From the IMG/VR virus record IMGVR_UViG_3300038393_001298, positions 1 through 47,556 of that record: 47,556 nt of DNA, one strand, 5' to 3'. Below the pieces are notes generated by a model. That model was not told the origin of the DNA. It did not search any database and saw only the letters and a list, made by a program, of their open reading frames with translations. Position numbers and translations under genes: made by a program. This document shows, piece after piece, positions 22,873-33,000 of this stretch (position 1 is the stretch's first letter; each line of letters opens with the position of its first letter). This DNA comes from a virus (lineage: Duplodnaviria > Caudoviricetes).

Positions 22873-23390
22873 AGCGAGGCTCCAAGGAGAAAGGCTCCCC
22901 AGAGGGCGCCAGTGATCAGTTCACCGATTGCGATGCCGGGTTGCCTGAGCCGCCAGCCAATTTCGTAGGCGACCACCTGCAGCGGCCCCAGCAGGATCCA
23001 GGGCCAGCCGAAGCAGAAGGCCATCGGGATAAGGAAGAGCGTCGTGCGGTAGCTGAAGGCGAGGTACGGATTGCCGTAGCTCCACCGAATGAACAGCGCC
23101 TCGTACCAAGATGGGGCGCGGACATCGATCGGCCCAGGCCCCCGCCCCAGGCCCTGCAGGAAGCCCTGTGCCGGCGTCGACCAGCAAAGCCAGCAGCCTG
23201 CGAAGACGAGAGACGAGAGCGCGGAGAAGCCAGCCGCCCACGCCAGCAGAGCAACGAAGGGGGCGGACGTCGCATCGCCATTGCCGGGGATGCGCTGAAG
23301 CAGAGCGACGAAGCGCGCGCCGAAGAGTCCACCACCCCCGCGGACGTGGTTGATTATGGCGAAGGCGGGGATGAGCAGCAGCCTCACCAT
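22869..23390 (-). CDS. Multi-pass membrane protein upstream of endolysin
   Basis: About 173 aa, several hydrophobic segments; AAGGAGG SD before MVRLLL. Confidence 0.7.
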   Translation of the reverse strand: MVRLLLIPAFAIINHVRGGGGLFGARFVALLQRIPGNGDATSAPFVALLAWAAGFSALSSLVFAGCWLCWSTPAQGFLQGLGRGPGPIDVRAPSWYEALFIRWSYGNPYLAFSYRTTLFLIPMAFCFGWPWILLGPLQVVAYEIGWRLRQPGIAIGELITGALWGAFLLGASL

Positions 23391-23494
23391 TGGCCCACCT
23401 CCTTCGCCACTCGTCCCCACATCGGGGCGTCAGGCTGTCGGGTGGCGCACGACATAAGGCTTAAGGCCAGAAGCACGCAGAACAGGATCCGCAT
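23384..23494 (-). CDS. Micro-lipoprotein (36 aa)
   Basis: MRILFCVLLALSLMSC-ATRQPDAPMWGRVAKEVGQW; AGGAG SD; stop overlaps next start. Confidence 0.65.
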   Translation of the reverse strand: MRILFCVLLALSLMSCATRQPDAPMWGRVAKEVGQW

Positions 23495-23620
23495 TTGCTA
23501 TGCTCCTGATCATCCAAACATTGGAACGGATGTCCCCACCGCTCCTTGCGGCCCCACATCAATACGAGGATGCTGTTACCCCCAGTGTCGCCTGGGCTAA
23601 TTCCTCTGGGTTGAGCGCCG

Positions 23621-24388
23621 CTACCAGCTCAATACGATCAGCCCCTGCCTTCCATTCCCACCTGCGAAAGTGCCGCCCGATCGAGCGCCTCCGCCGCCAC
23701 CGCCGTACAAGCCACCATCAGCACCATCCGCGTTGACCGGGCCGTTGTAGCCACCACCGCCACCGCCCGAGCCGTGCGTTGCATCCCACTCCGTGCCCGG
23801 CAGGCCGGGGGTCGCCACGCCGGTCGCGCCACCTGCACCGCCAAACCCGGCATCGCCAGAGCCGCCCACGCCGTTCAGACCAGGGTTTCCATTCCCGTTC
23901 ATGCCGGCAGCGCCACCGCCAGCGCCGGCATATGGGCTGCCGGCTGATGCTCCGTTCCCGCCGCTGTATTTGATGGTGCCTATGCCAGCTGACGCTTGTC
24001 CGCCCTGCCCACCAGTTCCGCCGTTCGCGCCCGCCCCGCCCTTGGCGGCGCAGAACGAGCTGGCAAAATCTGTTCCGCCGAGCCACGCATCGCCGCCGCT
24101 TCCAGCCTGGGCAGCGGCCGACGTCTTGGCTCCGCCACTGGGCACGCTGCAATTGAGGACTTGGCCGGCAGTGATGGGCGGCTGATCAGTGCGCGAATAG
24201 CCGCCTCCGCCGCCGCCACCGCCAAGGCTGTTGACGGCACGCCCGCCAGCACCCCCGCCCGCGATGACCTCTGACCGCCCTGTGGTCGGACGGTAGTCAG
24301 CCGGGACCGTAAGGCTCGAGGTGCCAGCCACATCCACGATGTAGAAGTTGCGACGGCCGGAAACGATATATCCCACGGCGTAGGTCAT
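23621..24388 (-). CDS. Glycine-rich tail-associated protein
   Basis: Gly-rich repeats (GGGAGG, GGGGGGG, G.QG.IVL.W); ATGA overlap with tailspike stop. Confidence 0.8.
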   Translation of the reverse strand: MTYAVGYIVSGRRNFYIVDVAGTSSLTVPADYRPTTGRSEVIAGGGAGGRAVNSLGGGGGGGGYSRTDQPPITAGQVLNCSVPSGGAKTSAAAQAGSGGDAWLGGTDFASSFCAAKGGAGANGGTGGQGGQASAGIGTIKYSGGNGASAGSPYAGAGGGAAGMNGNGNPGLNGVGGSGDAGFGGAGGATGVATPGLPGTEWDATHGSGGGGGGYNGPVNADGADGGLYGGGGGGARSGGTFAGGNGRQGLIVLSW

Positions 24389-26991
24389 GCCGTCAGATCC
24401 CCCGCCAGGAGCCATTCATCAGTGCCGATCTTGCGAATGGTGCCGACCGTGTACTGACCGGCCAATTTCAAGCGGCCGTTAGTCGACCGGATGGTGACGC
24501 CAGCGCCGGCCGCTACCGAAGTCTGCCCAGCGCCAAGGCTGCCGATATCGATGCTCGCGCCAATCGGGAAGGCAACCGTCGCATTGGGCGGTATCGTCAC
24601 GACGTTCGCGGCGGCATTGTTCATAGTAACCATGCGGCCGCAATCGTGGATGTCGAGTGTGTAGGCGGTTCCGGTCTGCGTATTGATGCGAACCACGCCA
24701 ACGACATCAAGGGTGCCGGCCGCGACGAACACCCACGACGCGCCGTCATACTTGTATTCCACCCATTCATTCTGCTTCACGATGGCCCCTTGCACCGTGA
24801 ACTTGAACGCGCCGCTAGCGCCAGTCTTGATGACACGGAACCTCGCGCCGTTGTACGCCCCAGTGGTCGACAGGGTTACGGCAAGGTCGGCGGTCAGCGC
24901 GCCGGAGAACGTCGTATCGGGGGCGCTGGTAAGCGGCGTGAGGGTGACCGCGCCTGAGGTGGTCGCATTGTTCGCAAGCCCTTCCTCCTTCAGGCGGCGC
25001 CATACCGTGCCGTCAGAGCGGACCATGCCAGCGCCGCCGCCCAGATTTGATACATTGAGTAGCGCACCATCGCCGGCATTGGCGGCCGAAGGCAGGCCGG
25101 CCACCGTGTAGGTTTTGCCGACCTTCGTGGATCCAGAGTTGAGCCGAGAAGTCAAGGCATTCGACCGGCTGCCGGTCGTGGTGCCAACGCCGACCTGAAA
25201 AACAACGGGGTCGTTTACCTGCGCCGTCGTGAATTCTGCGAAGGTTCCGCAAACCAATTGGCCAGCGTCAGCGGAAATATTGCCGCGCCCGAATACACCG
25301 GTGTAATTGGCGCTGGCTAGGTTCTGAAAACCAGAGACGAGAGAATAATCCCCGTTGTCGTCGGCACCATTTTCTCGCCCGAACACGCCAGCATAGCTGC
25401 AAAGGTTGGTGGTGTAGGTGAGGTACCCAAAGCATGCCGTATAGTTGCCATCAGGGGAGCACTGATACCCCATGGCGAATGTTCCGGTTCCAGCCACTAA
25501 CGAATTGACCGCCTGCGAAGTCAAGTCTCGGCTGTCCCAGGAGCAGAACGAAGAGAAGGACGCAATAACCTGGGGGTCGGATGGCTTGGCAGCGCCGACG
25601 CCACGCCCCCAAAACAGAGGAGGCTCCGACTTATATTCAACACGTTCGTCTTGGAAGGCGGCCCACACCCGATTATAGCCCATGTCCCAGAGCGATGTGC
25701 CCTGGAAGTGGGTGTAGTCGCCGACGCCACCGCTCGCGTCATAATCGGTCTTCATGCCCTTGGAGTTGATCCACCGGACCTTGGCATCCAGGTAGGCAGC
25801 GAAATACCGATGCACCTTCTCGACCTGGTAGCGGTCGTGAAGGCCAGACATGCCAGTGATGTGCAGCGGCGTATCTGGCCCGAACCACGTTTCGCTGTTC
25901 AACTGGTTCTTGAGGATGGTCAGCTTGCCGAGATAGGTGGCAAAATCCATCGTGTAATCTTCTTCGCCCTGGGAGAAGATACCGAGATCCACCGTCACCT
26001 TTTTGCCGGCGAGCTCAGGGGTCGCGAAGGCCTCCGCAATCGCCGCCTTGAACGCGAGATAGTAATCGCCGTTGCCACCCGCGTTCCCGTCGATCACCCA
26101 ATGGTCGATCGAGGTGCCGCCCACGAAGTAATAGATCAGGAAGGTGGGTACGCCATATTCATCGGCAAAGCGGTGCGCCGCCGACAGGCCGATGTTGTTG
26201 TTGCCCGTGTTCCCGTTGGGATTCGCGTAGGTCCAAGGGGCTTTCGTGATATCGCTCGAACCCCAGGCATGCGCGACCTTGTCCCAGACCTTCACCAACG
26301 AATTGGCCGGGTTCGGGCCGCCTGTGCGAGCGCCGGCCGAGTTCGATTGCCCAAAGCCAAGGATCACGCGAACTTGGTTCGAGGTCTTTCCACCGAACCA
26401 CCCGAACTGCCTGTCCGTTGTAGCGCGCAATCTGCCGCCAGCCTGCCACCAGCCAGGCGAAGGAACGTTGCCATTGATCGGCACCATTTCGCGCACTTGG
26501 CGCAAGGTCGGAGCACTGTTGTCCGCCGTGGCGTCCCCGATGTTGGACAGCTCAAGCCCGCGGAAATCGATCTTCCATGACGGGAACCCCGGCAGCGCGC
26601 CGGGCGGGATCATCGGCGTGCGGTCCAGCTGCTCCTGCATCTGCTGGTCACGCATCGCGGCAAGGTCAAACGCCCGCTCCACCACTTCGGCGTAATAGGC
26701 GCCCTGGTTCTGCAGGTCGGTTTCCTGCACGAACGGAACACTGCGGATGATGGTGAGGTCAAAGCCGACGGCCAGCGGCGTGGATTTGGTGATCGTTCCC
26801 GTGGTGCTGCCGACGTCATTGACGATGTAGTCGCTGTGCAAGACGAGGGTGATTTCCTCGCCCGTCTCGACATTCACGACCGTAACGTTGAGATGCGTCT
26901 CATCGACAATGATGAAGTCGTAGTTGAATACAGTGACGACGCCATCACCATGATACGGCCCCGATTTTGCGGTCGTGTTGGGTACGGTCAT
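24385..26991 (-). CDS. Tail fibre/tailspike with SGNH (SASA-like) O-acetylesterase domain
   Basis: N-terminal anchor GPYHGDG..F.YDF; GQSN, GGTS, QGEED, DYTH esterase blocks; YadA-like repeats; C-terminal beta domain. Confidence 0.88.
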   Translation of the reverse strand: MTVPNTTAKSGPYHGDGVVTVFNYDFIIVDETHLNVTVVNVETGEEITLVLHSDYIVNDVGSTTGTITKSTPLAVGFDLTIIRSVPFVQETDLQNQGAYYAEVVERAFDLAAMRDQQMQEQLDRTPMIPPGALPGFPSWKIDFRGLELSNIGDATADNSAPTLRQVREMVPINGNVPSPGWWQAGGRLRATTDRQFGWFGGKTSNQVRVILGFGQSNSAGARTGGPNPANSLVKVWDKVAHAWGSSDITKAPWTYANPNGNTGNNNIGLSAAHRFADEYGVPTFLIYYFVGGTSIDHWVIDGNAGGNGDYYLAFKAAIAEAFATPELAGKKVTVDLGIFSQGEEDYTMDFATYLGKLTILKNQLNSETWFGPDTPLHITGMSGLHDRYQVEKVHRYFAAYLDAKVRWINSKGMKTDYDASGGVGDYTHFQGTSLWDMGYNRVWAAFQDERVEYKSEPPLFWGRGVGAAKPSDPQVIASFSSFCSWDSRDLTSQAVNSLVAGTGTFAMGYQCSPDGNYTACFGYLTYTTNLCSYAGVFGRENGADDNGDYSLVSGFQNLASANYTGVFGRGNISADAGQLVCGTFAEFTTAQVNDPVVFQVGVGTTTGSRSNALTSRLNSGSTKVGKTYTVAGLPSAANAGDGALLNVSNLGGGAGMVRSDGTVWRRLKEEGLANNATTSGAVTLTPLTSAPDTTFSGALTADLAVTLSTTGAYNGARFRVIKTGASGAFKFTVQGAIVKQNEWVEYKYDGASWVFVAAGTLDVVGVVRINTQTGTAYTLDIHDCGRMVTMNNAAANVVTIPPNATVAFPIGASIDIGSLGAGQTSVAAGAGVTIRSTNGRLKLAGQYTVGTIRKIGTDEWLLAGDLTA

Positions 26992-27033
26992 GTCGGCCCC
27001 TTGCAGTTTGCAAGGGGTTTTATCAGCGCTTGG

Positions 27034-30000
27034 TTACCTCGGAAGTTTGCGACCGAACTGGTGGGAAAGGGCCTCAAACGCAGTGATATCCTGCCCTCGC
27101 TGCTCGGCAAGAATGACGTCCAGCACACGATTGATCTGTGTCGACGGCAGCCCGCTCGCAGCGCCTGTCGCGTCGACAATGGACTTGAGATAGTTCTTGT
27201 TGTCCGTCTTGCCGGCAAAGGTGAGGGCAATGGGCTTGCCGATCGTCTCGACAATCGACCCGTAGGTGCTGCCACCGCCATAGCCCTGGAGGGCCGGAAC
27301 AACGTCGCGGACGAAGGGCAGCGTCCCGAGAGCAGAGAACGCCGTCTCCCGCGCCAGGAACTTTGCCCAGGACTGCCGATCCTTTTCCGGCTTGTCCTCA
27401 TCGTCGCCGGGTAGCTGCCCGCGGATGGCTGCCGTAATCACGGCCTCAGCCGTGAAGATCAAGGCCATGTCGACAGTCAGCGAGAGCGCCGCTCCGAAGC
27501 GTTGCGACATCGTCTCGCCCTCTCGGATCTCCGCGATGCCGCCGCGCGTGCGCTCATAGGCCAGATTGTATTTGGCGAAGACGTATGAGGCCAAGGCCGT
27601 GAACAGCCGCACGAAATCATTCTGGCGCGACGTCAGGCTATAGGCGCCGCGCTCGATGCCAGTGCGATCGGTGAAGATGCCGGAGCCGCCGACGCGCTTG
27701 ACCACATCATCGGCGTGACGGATGGCCTCCGCCTCATTACCCTTGAACTTCTCAAGGCCCTGTCGATAGCCGGCAAGCCATGTCGGAACATCGACCGTCC
27801 AGTACTGGGCCTTGGTCATGGTCCAAAAGGCGAGCGGAGTAATCACCTTGTTCTTGATCTCCGCCCACCGCGTCTGTCCGGCGCTTGACAAAGGATCAAT
27901 CCGAAAATCAGAAATATCTTTGTTGAACGACGTCTGGCGCGACCGCATGAACGCTGACTTCTGGGGGATTGCCTGGGCCATTCCGGGGCGGAAGGCGTCC
28001 CGGATGCCGAGCACTGCGTTCTTTTTCCCGGCCACAACGAAGGTTTGCGTCAGGCCCGAAAACTGGACAAGAGCAGACCCAAGGTTGAATCCCAGCTTCG
28101 CCATGGTAAAGGACGATTTGAAGAAACGGAACACCTGCCCATAGGTGGAGGCCGATCGAATTTCGCCTTCGGCGGCATCTTTCAGCCAGATCTGCAGAGC
28201 ATCGTAATCGGCCTGCTTTCCATACTCCCTGAACAGCGAGCGGACTTGATCGTTCTGCATGATCTGCCAAGCGCGGGACACCGGCTCGCTCATTTCCAGA
28301 TCGTAGAGCACTTGGTTGATGTGCTGGTGGAACACGTCCATGCTGATCTTCAGCGGCATGTTCGTGCTCGTTTCGCGAGCCTTGAGGTGCCCGTTCTTGG
28401 TCTGCGCCTTGCCGAACCGGCCGCCCACGATCCCGTCCGCCAATTCCTTGATGTCATAATCGGCTTGCAGGCCGGCTAGCCGTGGATCGTATTTGATCGG
28501 GTAATAGCCGCCCTTCAGCTCCTTCCCGCCGATCGTGACCGGTTTGGCCTGCACCCATTCCGGCTCAGTGCCAGTGACGCGGCGTTCGCGCGCGGCAAGC
28601 TCCGGCTGATACGAGGCGATGAAGTCCCACACCGATTGCACGAAATCGGCGTCGCGCTCGTCGAGCGTGGCGATGATGGCCTGTACCTGGCTGGCCGAGA
28701 AAGCACCGGGGACCGGCGCGCCTCGGTCATCCTTGGCCATAAGGCGCTGCAGGTTCCCTTCGTTGCCCATATTCAAGGCCACGGAGATCCGCTCCCACTT
28801 CGACAGGCTGATGCCCAGTTCCGGGATGAGCTCGCGAGTGTTCATGTTGCGACGCTCCTTGGCCGAATACACGTTGTAGATCTCGTGCATCCTGTCGGCT
28901 GCCTGTTCCTTGCGTGCAATCAGTCTCACCTGGGCGTCATCGATCGGGCGCTTGAAGGTGCGCTCCCAAATCCCTCCCGTCTTGAACTTGCCGTCCTCCG
29001 TGCCGTCCCATTCCCTCAGGAGGCTTGAGGCGTTCATGGCGAGATCGAGATAGCCGGTGACCGCGCGACGTACGCGCTCCCCCTTCGTCTCGACGCGTCC
29101 AGGCGGGCGCGGCGTCTGGCTCTGGGCCGCGGCATCCCGGAGACCGTCGATCGTCTCCTGCATGGACGCCTCTTCCTGCCCCTCGATATATTTCGCCCAA
29201 CGCTTGGCGCTGTGCTCGAGGTTCTGCAATGAAGCGATGACACCGCGGAACTCATCCGTGGTCAGGGTCTTGTACGGCGTGCGCTGCGCGTTCTTCAGCA
29301 CCTCCTCGGGGATGGAAAGTTCGTTCTCCCTGCCGGCCGCCGTCATGGCAGCGACGTAGGCCAGCAATGATTGCCGGCGGGAATCGTCCTGCGCGCTGCT
29401 GCGACGAAAGTCGTATCGCTCCAAGAGCTCATCGATCGCCGCCAGATAATCAACGCTCGACGGCAGGCCAAGGCTATCGCGGCGCCCAGCCTCTGCAATC
29501 CGCTCCCTGGTGGAGGCCTTGCCGAGCCGCGTCACCAGGCGCTCGCCCTTGCCGATTTCCTCCTGAATATGCTTCGCCTCGATAAAGAGGGCGTGGTTCA
29601 GGAGCTGCTTGTTCTTGGCATCAATGAGCGCCTTGGCCCGATCGTTCACGCCAAGGGAGACCTGCGCGCGCGTATGAGCAGGTGTGATTCGAGTGACCTG
29701 CCCTTGGTTCGTTTGGTATGTCTTCTGCCGTTCCGGAACCTGCAAAGTGCGCGTCTGCGTTTCAATCAGGCGATTGCGCTCACTAATGGCGGCGTTCACC
29801 CCCTCAACCGAACCGGCTTTGGCCGACTGGCGAATTTTCCGGTTCGCCATCTCCAGCCAGGCACTGTCTGCAGCGAGTGCCTTGGCATGGTCGCTGGCCA
29901 GCGAGGCGGCCTTGCGTTCGGCGGCAAGGTAGCGGTTTGCAGCCGCCGCATCTCGCAGGTTGGCGTTCGAGAGCATGCGCTTTGCCATGTCGCGCGCGTC

Positions 30001-33000
30001 GGCGAAGGACATGGCCTTGCCGGCGCCGGCCACGTCGACAACCGCCTTCAGCTCTGCCGCGAGCCATTCGCCCTTGCGCTCACCATGGACGGCTTCGAGG
30101 GCAATGTTCTCTATGTCGCCGTCTTTCAACGGGTCGCCGTACTTCTCATAGACGCGGCGCTGGGTTTCCGCCTTGATCGCCTCTTTGCGGTTCGGGGCCT
30201 GCTCCAGTGCACGCACCAAGGCATCGCCGCTGTCGTAGCCGAACCACCCGGCCGCATCGTCGGGGTCGATGCCATCGACGGCGTAGACGCGCTCCTTCCC
30301 GCGCGGGAGACTCTTCAGGATGCCATCCCCATAGCGATCGATCAGGGCTGCCCGATTGAGTTTGAGTGCTGGCAAATCGGACGGCCGGGCATCCTCGCCA
30401 AGCCAACGCCCGTTCGCCATCCACTCGAAGGCGCGATAGTACGGATAGGTGTTGACGTCCCGCTCGACCTCCGCCGCAACCTTGGCCTGCTCATCCTTGA
30501 ACCACTTCTCGCGCTCTCGGCGCAGCGGCTCCATGGTTTCCTTGAGCGCCCGGCGCTGCGCGTCATCCTGCGCCGCCCTGCGCCGCTCCTGCAGCGCCTC
30601 GAACTGCTCGGGCGTCAGGCCCAACTGTTCGGCGGTCGAGAAGCTCGGCAGATCTTCGCCGGTCTCGGAACGGGCGTTGTTGATTTGATCATCGGTCGCC
30701 AAGATCCGATCGAACACGCCACGGATTTCATCGGAGACATTCGAGTTGAGCTGGCGAAGCCGGCGATAGATCCCGAGGAGCCAAGCCCGGAACTTGCCGA
30801 AGGCAGAGCGCAATTCCTTGGCGGGGGCCTTGCCCTCCATGAGGTAGGATTCGAATGCACGCGCCCATTGTTCCTGCATGCCGACATCAATGGCGGCATC
30901 CTTGGCGGCGCTGCCGGTTGTGCCTTCATCCATCGCCTTGAGAACGTCGGCCTTCGTCACCCCCTGCCCGGCATCACGCGCCACGGCGGCGGCATTGTCG
31001 CGCCACCAGGCTCGCACATTGTCCATTTCGGCGGCCATGGGCTTGTCGCCCTTGACTGCCATATCCTGCATCACCGTGAGGAAGTAATGGCCGCTCTCAT
31101 GCAGCAGGGTCGACAGGTCCGCCTCTTCGAACAAGCGAATGATAGATTCGCCGGATGCAACGCCCCCAGCTGGGAACTGAATAGAGCCGCGCGCGCCGAC
31201 TGGGCCGGAACCGTCCGCTTGGAAGAGGGAGCGCTGACCGGCGGGGAAATTATTGAAAGCCGCAACCGCCTGATCTATAGTGACCTCACGCCCAGCCGAA
31301 GCCCCGGCTCCATCTAAGTTTTGTCCTTCCTCGCGGAGTGACGGCTTAGAAATAGGGACTTCATCTCCCCCCTGTTGGACACTGCTAAGCTCAGATGGCC
31401 CTGTCAGGGGGGAGAGCTCTATTCCTTCGACCTGATAGAGTTTCCGGCCTTCGCCGCCGATCTCCCTCATGATGAACCGAACTGCCACGTCCTTGCCATC
31501 GAGGACAAGATGGGCAGCGGATTGGCTGAAATCGGAACCCACATTGTAGGTCACGGAATTCTTAAAGAGGTCGACGAAGTGCGGCGCCAAGGACCGCTTG
31601 GTGTCATTGCCTCCAGAGAAGAACCACTTCCTCACGGCAGTCTTTGTAACCTTGACGGTATCGCCTGACGCATTGGTGACATCGCCAAGTTCGACGGCAT
31701 CGCGCGCCGCCGCGTAATCCTCAATGGCCGGCAGGTTCGAAAGCTCTACCGGCGTCAGCACCGTGCCGCTGTTCACGTTGACAGGCGCCGCCCGTCCGCC
31801 CTTGTCGAATTCCGACTGCCCATAGGACGCGCCTGCCTGCGACGCCTCGATAGCCGCCCTGATTTCCTCGTTGGTGGCGTCCAGGCTCGTGCCGATCGAG
31901 TGCAGATATTCCGCAATATCATCAGCCTGGCGCAGCAGATCCTTTTCAGGGCCAGCGCCGGCAACACGCTCTGCCTTGCCGGCAAGCTCCCGCTGGATTG
32001 CCGCATAGAGCGAGGGCACAAGATCCGGTTGCTGCGCACCATCCGCAGCGGCTTGGTGATAGGTTTGCACAACAGGGTCATCCGCCAGGAAGCCTGCCTC
32101 GATCGCCGCCTGCACGACATTGCCAGGCGCGTTCTCCGCCGTCGGCTTCTTGGCGATCAACTTGCCCTTGCCACCTGCGAACGACACTTCACCGCTGCTG
32201 TCGTCGATGCCACCGCGGTCGCGGATGAAATCAAGCAGGGGCGTCCCGCTGCCCCTCTTAATCCGCTTCAGGGCGCCACGCGCATCATCAAGGGTCTTTG
32301 CCAAGGCATCAGGTTCGCGCAGCTGAATGCCCTGGGGGATCGCCCCTTGAACATCAGGGAGGGGATAGGCATCCATCATCTCCTTGACGGTGCGGCCGGT
32401 GCGTTCTGCGATAGTGCGATAGAACGCCGGCCACAGCATCGCCTCGGTGGTGGCGACGTCCGTCGACCGGCCAGCCATGCGCAGGCGCGACACCATCGTG
32501 TCATACACCTCCTGCTCATATGGCCGGGCAGCATCCTCCGCCGCCCTGTCGGCCGCCATATCACGCGCCAGATTATCCATATGCTCGACCATACGAGCTT
32601 CGAATTCCGAGGCCTCGGCAAGCGTCATCCCGTCCGGCGTCCAGCGGGAGTTCTCCATGAATGCCTGGTCAAGCTCCGTGCCGGCGATCTTGGCTGCGTA
32701 GGCAGCCGTCGGAATGCGAAGGTCGCCACCGGATGCGATGGCCCGGTCAATGTCCCCGGCAGGGATGCCGGCCAATTCGCTCGCCGCCTCGTAGGGGTCC
32801 AAGCCGTTCGACTGGAACAACTCAACGAACTTGTCGGCAGGCATGAGCATGTTCTCTGCCTGCGTACCGTCGGCTGCCTTGGCGATGAAGTCCTGAAACT
32901 TATCCGGCATCCGGTTGCGCAGGGCCGACGTCTGGGCATTTTGAGACAGTTCGGCCGTGAACTGCGCCTGGGCTCGGGCTCGCTCCGCCTTGGCTCGACG

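Noticed and set aside
23523-23547. Second EcfG-like promoter GGAAC-N16-CCTT on the plus strand
   Set aside because: Mismatch in the -10 element and no credible downstream gene
23384-26991. Diversity-generating retroelement, expected from the BPP-1-like architecture
   Set aside because: No reverse transcriptase or avd-like ORF recognised, and no adenine-variant TR/VR repeat pair seen near the tail genes
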